From assembly GCF_006345805.1 (NCBI RefSeq), contig NC_043003.1, positions 19,654,001 to 19,718,000 on the forward strand: a stretch of DNA of 64,000 nt, read 5' to 3'. The position numbers were made by a program, and so were the translations under genes. Of the stretch, positions 54,925 to 64,000 are shown piece after piece. The notes beneath the pieces were generated by a model. The model saw only the letters and a list, made by a program, of their open reading frames with translations, was not told where the DNA came from and did not search any database. Position 1 is the first letter of the stretch; each line of letters begins with the position of its first letter. The stretch comes from Octopus sinensis. Taxonomy: Eukaryota.

Positions 54925-57773
54925 TCTGAGGCCAACTGGCCAAGTTGAAAGAAAATCCCAAACTATTCACCCAATATTAAAACAAATGCTGGGACAAAAT
55001 ATAAAAATTGTCTGCAGATTATATTTATTTTTTAATATAGAAAATAATTTGCCTATATTTTTGAGATGTGTTATTACTAGAAAGGTATATATATTTATTG
55101 GACTGCTATGCACTATCTTTTGAGGTTTCTAACTACACTACGTTTTCTCTTCTTTCTTCACTTCATCAAATGAGAACAAATGTTGATCAACTGCTATTTG
55201 TTTTATGAATCTATTTTGAAAAGGTTCAGTGCTCTTTATTTACTTATACTAAATACATTAAGATATAATGCTGAATTGATTTTATTTCTGAATTTAAATT
55301 CTGCTCTGATTTTGAGGTAACTTTTGTAAACTAAAATGTGTGAAATATGTAGATACAAGCATCACCATGTGATTAAGAAGCTTGCTTTGCAATCCTGTAT
55401 TTTCAGGTTCAATCCATCTCTGTGGCATTTTGAGCAAGTGTCTAGTTTGCTCAAGGCTATAGCTTCAATTTGATCACTATCTTATGAATGGAATTTGGAC
55501 TACAGAAATTGTATGTGTGTTTAGATATATATGTAATGTTTATATCTTTTGCCATATTTGGTAGGATGTAAGACTGCACTTTGAAGTCCTCTTAGTTATA
55601 AATATTCTCTTGTCTCTCTCTCTCGCTGTCAACAATGCAATGAACCAGTGATTGGCCCATTGGAAACCTGTCACTAATAATATGGTTCACAAATTGCTAT
55701 ATATATATATATATTCAGAGTTCAGCTTTGTCTACAATTTATGAATTATCTCTATCCATTGGGTAATATCAAAAAACAACTTGGTGTACTTTTGCAAAGA
55801 GATTCTCAATTTCTTTTACAGAATTAAACCCAAATTTTTTTCTGATGATACTTGTTGGAGTAGAAGTGGTCTGTGAATTTGTAGAGAGATAAAATGTGTA
55901 ACTCTGCATCTTATGAATCAGAGCATTTGAGTGTGATCTTTTTAACTAGAGTATATGTGTCTATATTTAAAAAGGTGGAGTTTTAGAACTTAAAAGTTTA
56001 AGGATAGAGATGAGATGTGATAATCTAGTATACTTGAAGAAATTACCAAATATGTGGTGTAGAAAGAAACTGAAAAAGGTTTAATGATCCAATAAATCCA
56101 TACTGGTCTAGAAACTTTTTTTTCTGACAATAATTTGGAAATACTGCTTTTTTTTTTTTAACTGCTGGATTTATTAAACAATTTTTTGTTTTTTAGTTAA
56201 ATGTATTAACCTGAATTCAAATGAATCATCTTTTTCCTTGGTTTGCCCTCGTCATATTTTTGGAAAATTATTTTAATTTCCTTACTTTAGATATTGGCCC
56301 CTGCCAGAATAAAGTGAATTATTCTACCAATTCTCAATTTTTTTTTTCATTTAATTTTCTAAATCCACTTAGTTGAACACATTGCTACCCCCCCCCACTT
56401 CTAATTCATGTATCACTGCATTACATATATGTTATTTATATGAAAGAAATATTGTTTTTGACTTGTGTTGGCAGGGGTAAATTGTTGTGTTTAATATCTT
56501 TGTGGTAATTTTTGTAAAACCTCAGCAAAAATAGCCTATGGCATTTTTTGTTTATTCCTAGTTGAAACTGCTTTTTTTTCTGACACTGCTAATGCTCTTG
56601 CGAAGGGCGTGAATGTCACAACTGTTTCCCTGTTTATACTATTATTTATTTTTTTAAAGTTGTTTGGGATGAACACTCACTGAAGGATATCTCTGGTCAT
56701 TAAAAGTCAAGCATTTGGCTTTATTTCTTGCACTAATGCATAAGACTTTTTAAAATTTTTGTTTCATCTAAAAAAAAAAAACTGTGACAATATAGTGGAT
56801 ATTGTATTTTCTTTTTCTCTTCATTTGCTAATGAAGAACATTTTTAATAAATATTTTGTTTTACCTTTGTGGTGTTGGGAGATGTATGAATCAATCTTTT
56901 TTTTTTTTTTAAGTATTATTAGCATGTACTGGAAAATAGTTTGTGCTTTTAGACTGCTCAAGGAGAAGCCCACATAATAGGCAGCTGTGATTGGATTCAA
57001 CACAGCTGCCTCCACTGAACAATGTCTCTGAGGAGTTTTGAGTACACATCTCATTATCTCGCATCATTATCACACTTAAGTGGGGGAACTGAATAAAAAT
57101 GAAGGAAAACAAAAAGCCAGTTATTTACAAAATAGATTTGATTTCTTAAATTTAGAATATGAAAAAATAAACATGGAAGCCCTTTTTTTTTTTTTTTTTT
57201 TTACTTCCACAAAGTTATGATTTCAGTGAATACTAGATTAATTTGTGGAATAGTTTCTTTTATGTGATATTTGCTTGGAATTGCCTTAATTGTTAATGGT
57301 TTGACCAGAACAGATGCTTGATAGCATACAGTTATCATCTTTTAATCAGAAAGATATGATGATGCTGACTGGCATGCAAAAACAAACAAAATAAGTGTTT
57401 TGAGGTCACCGAGTTCTGGTCAGTTGTCTTGATTAATTAACCATTAATAGCATGATAATCAGCAATATAATTAATTGCTAGTTGTTTTTTGCCAACTCTA
57501 AACAACATCAACAACAACAACTCATTAGGATAACAAACTCGAGTTCTTGTAAATTCAAACATATCATTTCATCTTGAGAGATGTTATCAAAACTGAGAAT
57601 TAGTAAAATGGTTCTTTTACCAATTTTGAAGTATTTGAGGCTGAGATTTTATTCCATTGCTACTACTTGGTTTTTCCAAAGCTTTGTTGTGAAAGACAAA
57701 AAACTTGAAACTGAGCAGTAATTGCAGAAATCCTCTGCTTTGAATTATGAATAATAAACTCTTATACTCTCTA

Positions 57774-57806
<33 letters not shown>

Positions 57807-58943
57807 TAAAATCCAAGCCTTGGAAGATTTTAAATCTAGTGTTGACAGTTTGCTGGCTGATTCCCCACCATCCTCCTCATTTTAAGTAATAACTCATATC
57901 TCCTGAAGGTTGTCCATTTGCCTGACACCTTTATCTGCCAACATATTTTAAATAATCCAGTACATTCATAGTAAAAAATAAAATAAAATAATATAAAAAA
58001 AATCAACATCTACCTATAAAATTCATTTTTGTAAATATTTGTTCACATTACCATCTAATATATAACTTTTTTTTTTGGAATTGAAGATATGTCATTCTAG
58101 AAGTGTTATATATAAATTGTAAATACATAAATTCATATCATTCTGAATAAATTGAAATGAAAAAAAAGAAAACAAACAAACCAAAAAATATATTGTTATA
58201 TTTCTCTCTTTTTTTTTTAATTAAATTGTTAAAAATATATATATATATATATATATAAATTAAATTTATTTCTGAAACATAAGGCTAGATAAATTATTTA
58301 CAAGTTTAAAAAATACATTCCCTCCCCCTATATTTAAAATATTTTTCTATGTTACAAATAATTATCAGTGTCCACTTTTCCATGTTTGCATGGGTCAGAT
58401 GGAATTTGTTGAGGCAGATTTTTTTCCTACAGCTGGATGCTCTTCCTGTCACCAACTCTCATCACTTTCCAATCAAGGTAATATTTTCCCATAGCCCGAC
58501 ATGTTTTTCATAGAAGACTGCAGACAAACAACCTTGCTTATATGACAATGATGCTCATTTGCAACCATCATGTGATGTCTAAACAAGGGTTCATATACAC
58601 AATAGGCTTCTTTCAGTTTCCATCTACCAAATACTTACACGGTATTGGTCAGCCTGGGGCTATATGGTATATGCCCAAAGATGCTGCACTGTGGGACTTA
58701 ATTCAAGACCACATGGTAGATTTCTCACAGTACCATGGTTATCACAGATTTGAAACTAATAATCAAACTCTCAGAAGTTAGTTAATATTTTTTTTTTATA
58801 ACAGTTGGACATTGAGATTTTTATGAAAATATATGTCTTCTTCATACACACACAAACTAGAATTGCCATTTAGAAATAATGTCCTTCCTCTCCATGTATG
58901 TGCAGTTAGAAGGAAATACATCAACACTTTAGTTCATGTAAGT

Positions 58944-59134
58944 TTAAATGTGGTCCTTTGTTGATATTTTGGTCAGAAGGTCATGCCATATGCTGCAGCT
59001 AGTTTGGTTCTGTAAGCTCTCCAATGCAGCCTGTACTGCTTTCTTGGGTTGCTCTCCACAGTTCGTGAGAATCATAAAGTGTTTAGAAAGATCTGCAAAT
59101 GTCGATATTTCATTACTATCCTTTTCTTGAAGCC
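58944..59134 (-). CDS. FANCF: Terminal exon of FANCF-like gene (one base out of frame as assembled)
   Basis: Strong acceptor ttttttttcttttccag| at 59135. The long frame gives ...ISTFADLSKHFMILTNCGEQPKKAVQAALESLQNQTSCSIWHDLLTKISTKDHI*, matching FANCF WEELHNRFQSL...KVLTALETCK...LSIWTDLLLAL. A phase-2 join at this acceptor reads a different frame that stops after QLQEKDSNENIDICRSF. Confidence 0.6.
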
Positions 59135-59614
59135 TGGAAAAGAAAAAAAAAAAGTAACGATACTACCTTTTGAACTGTCAAGGTATCTCAAAGACTAGGC
59201 TTGCTCTGACTTAAAAAGCTCAAGTCAGAATCACATATCTGAGAAAAAAATTGCTGTTACACAAACATTCTAGACTGCATAAAAAAAATGTGGTAATTAA
59301 TCTCATTGGCTAAGATTCCCCCTCATCAACATACTACAACCATTAACTCACAGATTAGGGTTTTTTTCTTTTCACCTTTTTTTATAACTACTACATTGAC
59401 CTCTAGTTCCACTACAGGACATTCAACATGCCTATCTCTTGTTAATCATCGTAAGTGACAGAGAGCTAGGCCAACCACATGAAAAACGAGTGTGAAATTA
59501 GTGTTAACATATTAGAAGTACAGAGCAATAAAGAGTTAATTAGAAATAATTATGAGGTGAAGAACAGACTTAGTACAGGCGCACATCAAGTTACATCTTT
59601 TTTATTTTATATTC

Positions 59615-59820
59615 TTTTACTCTTTTACTTGTTTCAGTCATTTGACTGTGGCCATGCTGGAGCACTTCCTTTAGTCGAGCAAATCGACCCCAGGACTTAT
59701 TCTTTGTAAGCCTAGTACTTATTCTATCGGTCTCTTCTGCCGAACCGCTAAGTTACGGTGACGTAAACACACCAGCATCAGTTGTCAAGCGATGTTGGGG
59801 GCACAGACACACAAACATAT

Positions 59821-59853
<33 letters not shown>

Positions 59854-60005
59854 ACGGGCTTCTTTCAGTGTCCATCTACCAAATCCACTCACAAGGCTTT
59901 GGTTGTCCTGAGGCTATAGTAGAAGACACTTGCCCAAGGTGCCACGCAGTCGAACTGAAGCTGGAACCATGTGGTTGGTAAGCAAGCTACTTAACACTAA
60001 GCCTA
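59615..60005 (-). mobile_element. Family B SINE abutting the 5S pseudogene
   Basis: Reverse-complement body; the head carries an internal deletion. Confidence 0.85.
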
Positions 60006-60017
60006 TAAGTGTGTGCC

Positions 60018-60135
60018 GCTTACAGCACCTAGGTTTCCCAAGCGGTCACCCATCTAAGTACTAACTAGGCTTGACGTTGCTTAACTTCAGTGATCGGGTG
60101 AGAACCAGTGCTTTCAATGTGATATGGCTGTAAGC
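60018..60135 (-). pseudogene. 5S rRNA pseudogene (orphan, 118 nt)
   Basis: Reverse complement GCTTACAGCCATATCACATTGAAAGCACTGGTTCTCACCCGATCACTGAAGTTAAGCAACGTCAAGCCTAGTTAGTACTTAGATGGGTGACCGCTTGGGAAACCTAGGTGCTGTAAGC follows metazoan 5S end to end. It has several CpG-type transitions, no oligo-T terminator and no tandem neighbours. Confidence 0.9.
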
Positions 60136-60559
60136 ATTGTTATTTTTAAAAAGAAATTAATGGAAAAATAAACCTCAACTTAATCTGACTTCACGTAGGT
60201 ATTAGTGCACATATTTAAAAGCATAAAAATGAAAAGAAAACATCTAAAATCAATACTGAAATGGAAAATCAAATAAAATATGTACAAGCCATATTTTATT
60301 TTAAATCTTAACCAAGTGTTTTTCAGCCAAGATGTTACAATTAAATTTGGAAGATTTGTTTCCCTTGGACGATCTACCGTCTGGCAGCAGATTTCCTCGT
60401 TCAGCGAAAGTGTTTTGTTTGTTCACTGACAGTGTTCACTCCCGCAGTAAGTATATTGCAAGTGTGCAGTGAACTTTCATAAGCAGATAAAATGCATCAA
60501 TCATCGAATTGCTGGCACAGAAACTTAAAGTCCTGAATGTAAATGTTACTTAAGTGTCA

Positions 60560-61577
60560 TCTCTATATATATAAAAGGCAGTTTGTCTGTCTGTGTATCT
60601 GTCAGGTTGTACCCTCACCCTGACCACGGCTTTCAATCGATTCTGATGAAACTTGACACACACACACAGCCCAATGTCATAATTCAAAACTAACGCAGCG
60701 AAAATTTTGAAAAGTTTCCCCAGTTCTGAAAAAAATCAATAAATTTGACATGGGGTTGAGAATCTAAGCTTATCATATGCAACACATTTTCCGTTGTAGT
60801 TTTCGCAACTTGCAATCGATTTTCACCAAACTCATGGTGAAGCTTAATGTTACCCTAAGGAACTTAATTCTGACATTAGTTTTCCATGTAATAACTTATC
60901 AGAAAAAATCGATAAAATCATGCCATTTTGGGAAATCACGGTCAAATTCAAGATGACATATTTTCGACAATATCTTTAACAAATTGGCAGGAATTTTTTT
61001 TGAAATTCACAGCGAGCATCATGTCTGCTCCAAGGAGCTATATCGCCCTTTTGATTCCAATAGGATACATTATTACTGGAAAAAATCGGTTAATTACATC
61101 ATATGTGGCACACATAGCAAACCGATTTTTCTGTGATAATTTTTGAAAGTTCACAAAGATTTTCCCTACACCGATGTTGGACATCAAGTTTGCATTAAAT
61201 GTCAAACTAACGACCTTTTGTCAATGCAGTTAACAAGTATTGGGAGAAATCGACAAAACCATATCACTTTGAGACCGACCATGCGAACCCTACAAAACTG
61301 ACTTTTGTTAAATAGTTGGTGGATTTCAGGCGATTTAGTCGATTTTTGCCGCTTTTATCATAAAGGTTACTAGAAATGGCATATGTTTTCCTTTTGCTTC
61401 AAATCCGAGCAATGTTGGGCTGTAGTCATGCATGCAAGGGAACGGTGCCTTGAATGCCTTAATGCCTTTTAGGCTTCATTTTACAAAATAACGGTTCAAT
61501 GAGTACAAAAAAGGGTAAAAAGGTAAAGGGCATTGCTTATCGACAAAGTTTCTTACATACCCGGGCAACGCTGCTAG
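60560..61577 (+). mobile_element. Non-autonomous Helitron
   Basis: Inserted between A(60559) and T(61578); 5' TCTCTATATATATAAAAGGC; 3' ...CCCGGGCAACGCTGCTAG; no TSD. Confidence 0.75.
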
Positions 61578-61613
<36 letters not shown>

Positions 61614-62133
61614 GTACAGGGGCTTCTTACACACTTTCTGTCAACCAAATTCACTCAGGAGGTATTGGTCATCTTGGGGCTATAGCAGACGACACTTGCT
61701 CAAGGTGCTGTGCAATGAGGTTGACTTCACCTTTCATACTTTTGGGGTCGATTAAATAAGTACCAGTTACGCACTGGGGTCAATGTAATCGACTTAATTC
61801 CTTTGTCCTTGTTTGTCCCCTCTATGTTTAGCCCCCTGTGGGCAATAAAGAAATAAAAAAGTGATCTTCTTAACCACATAACCATGCCTGTGCCCATCAT
61901 CATCATTTAATGTCCATTGTCTATGCTGGCATAGGTAAGATGGCTTGACTGGAACTGTTAAGCTGGAGAGCTGCACCAGGTCCAAGTCTGATCTGGCAAT
62001 GTTTCTACAGCTGGATGCCCTTCCTAACGCCAACCACTCCAAGAATGTAATGGGTGCTTATTATATGCCACTGGCATGGGTGCCATTTACATGACACTGG
62101 CAACAGCTACGATTTCATGGGTATCATTTATAT

Positions 62134-62440
62134 CAGTGGTTCCCAAACTTTTTTGGGCTGCTGCCTCAACACCTAGGCCACATTCCTAATGTTCCCACCT
62201 CAACTAACCACCACAAACACAGACCTCTTTTTGAAGCAAATTCAAGGCAACTGTATTTCACAAATAAAACTTCACGTAATGAACCGATTATTTTGTTGTT
62301 TTTACATGAATACCTACCCAATTATTGCCCCACTTTTTACATGAACTGCTGCCCCATTATCACCCCACTTTTCTTCAATACCCCCTTGGAACTTTCCACT
62401 GCTCCCATTGGGGCAATATCACTCACTTTGGGAACCACTG
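62134..62440. mobile_element. hAT (Charlie-like) MITE
   Basis: Perfect TIRs CAGTGGTTCCCAAA / TTTGGGAACCACTG; 8-bp TSD ATTTATAT / ATTTACAT. Confidence 0.9.
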
Positions 62441-62687
62441 ATTTACATGACATTACGAATGGCCACAACTACAATTTCACATATATAACGTGCAGGTGGC
62501 ACGTAAAAAGCACCCACTACACTCACGGAGTGGTTGGCGTTAGGAAGGGCATCCAGCTGTAGAAACATTGCCAGATAAGACTGGAGCCTGGTGCAGCCTT
62601 CTGGCTTCCCAGATCCCCGGTCGAACCGTCCAACCCATGCTAGCATGGAGAACGGATGTTAAACGATGATGATGATGGTGATGATGA

Positions 62688-62913
62688 ACCCTTTAGTTAC
62701 TGTATTTATTTTGAGATGTTCTGTGTTTCTTTCAATTAATTTTAAATATAACAAAGAATTTAGTAAAATAACTTAGTTATCATTCAGCTGATGTTAGGAA
62801 CATAAATTGTGACTAAAGTTTGGTGGAAGGTTTTAATTCAAAACTTATGAAAACAAGACATTTGTACTACAGAGCCAGAGCCGGTTTCAGCCGGGTTGGT
62901 AACGAACGGGATA
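62688..62913. mobile_element. piggyBac-like MITE (related fragments at ~14500-14690, 29030-29660, 47100-47340)
   Basis: Ends AACCCTTTAGTTAC / GTAACGAACGGGATAA resemble TTAA-CCC...GGG-TTAA termini; the internal AT-rich body recurs elsewhere in the window. Confidence 0.55.
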
Positions 62914-62954
62914 AAATATACAAATACACATGCAAAAAACAAAACAAAACTTAC

Positions 62955-63110
62955 TGCCAAGTGTAGAGTGAATTGCGTTGGTCATGGTGGTGGTAGACAG
63001 GTGAAAATTGCTTTGCCCAGTCAATGAGTTGGCGTAAACAGGTGGAAAACACCGGAAAAGAGAGAAGTATCACTTGAGAGAATAAATCCTCTGCTACAGA
63101 CCATATTATG
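62955..63110 (-). CDS. FANCF: Penultimate exon of FANCF-like gene
   Basis: ctctttgcag|CATAATATGG...TGGCA|gtaagt; 156 nt, phase 2-2. (S)IIWSVAEDLFSQVILLSFPVFSTCLRQLIDWAKQFSPVYHHHDQRNSLYTW resembles the human FANCF C-terminal segment LPAGLLTLVTSRHPALSPVYLGLLTDWGQRLHYD..GIW (recalled, not searched). Confidence 0.65.
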
Positions 63111-63428
63111 CTGCAAAGAGAACAGTAAATCTTCTAGATATTTCCGAGCTCCTCACAGAACAGAGGCATCTATCAGTTTCAGTTTCTGTCTACCAAATCC
63201 TCTCACAAGGCTTTGGTCAGACCGAGACTTTAGTAGAAGACACTTACCCAAACAATGAATAATTCAGTAAAATAACTTTGTTATTAAAGATGGTATGTGG
63301 AACATAAATGAACATGAGAGCTTGATGGAAGGTTCTGCTTTGGATCACTTTAAAAGAGTAAGTTTTATGAAAGAATGAAGATTGGTCTCAATGGTGTAGG
63401 TATCCAAAAAAAAATCTAAGGAACTAAC

Positions 63429-63571
63429 CTTGGAGGTTTGGACATCGTGATATTGTTTTGGACAAATTGTTCAAGAAACTGATACACTTTTGAATATGAG
63501 TCTTTGGAAATGTTCCACAGTGTAGGATTAATGTCAACATCTTTTTTTGTTAGAAGATAAAGAAGAATTTC
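63429..63571 (-). CDS. FANCF: Internal exon of FANCF-like gene (5' part of the gene lies beyond the window)
   Basis: Minus strand tttattttgcag|GAAATT...CCTCCAAG|gttagt. 143 nt, only one open frame: EILLYLLTKKDVDINPTLWNISKDSYSKVYQFLEQFVQNNITMSKPP. Phase 2 out matches the next exon. Confidence 0.65.
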
Positions 63572-63598
63572 CTGCAAAATAAAAACACACAAAACACA

Positions 63599-63710
63599 CG
63601 GTGAATAAACTGTCATCTAAATTACGCAGAAATGAAAATAACACTGACATCTCATTTTAAAAGATATATTTCCAAAAAATACATAAAAATATCTTGAAAT
63701 ACTAAAGTGT
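63599..63710. mobile_element. End fragment of the same DD37D family as 20333-21210
   Basis: ggtgaataaactgtcatctaaattacgcagaaatgaaaataacactgacatctc...atcttgaaatactaaag matches 20343-20452. Confidence 0.75.
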
Positions 63711-64000
63711 GTGGGATGCTTTTATGTGGCACCACATGATCCCTTTTACGTGATGCAGCACGGGTGCTTTTATGTGTCGTCAACAAGTGCTTCTACATTT
63801 TGCCACATGGTTGCTTTTACGTGACACTGCATAGATGCTTTTACATGACATTCATATACATATCATCATCATCGTTTAACGTCTGTTTTCCATGCTGGCA
63901 TGGGTTGGACGGTTTGACTGGAGACTGGCAAGCCAGTAGGTTTCACCATGCTCCAATCTGATCTGGCAAGGTTTCTACAGCTGGATACCCTTCCTAATGC

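Noticed and set aside
54421-55123. Plus-strand ORFs repeated at 58542-59130 (MSRQGFIYTIGFF..., MVRRSCHMLQ...)
   Set aside because: The first is a SINE fragment and the second is the antisense of the FANCF-like exon; their repetition only reflects the duplication

Overview
AT-rich animal genomic DNA, most consistent with an octopus (inferred from tRNA-derived SINE families and dense TA/TG microsatellites). One complete six-exon protein gene is on the + strand: a CHIC1/2 orthologue (ATG 8004, stop 39084, 163 aa, 21.6-kb first intron). Converging on it from the right, on the - strand, are the last exons of a gene I identify by remembered motif similarity as FANCF-like (63571-63429, 63110-62955, terminal exon 59134-58944). 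As assembled, that terminal exon is one base out of frame, and a ~510-bp duplicate 4154 bp downstream has its own in-frame splice acceptor. The rest is repeats: at least four SINE families, decayed Tc1/mariner transposons of three catalytic types (DD34E-like, DD37D, DD41D), hAT and piggyBac-like MITEs, a non-autonomous Helitron, LINE relics (RLE-type, RTE/RTEX, a gag-like ORF1) and a 5S rRNA pseudogene. The most unusual items are a foldback element with two mirror-image hammerhead-ribozyme cores (51246-51623), the duplicated FANCF-like last exon, and a ~10-kb strand-polarised SINE array. No prokaryotic features or CRISPR arrays are supported. All homology calls come from reading by eye without database searches, and repeat boundaries are approximate.
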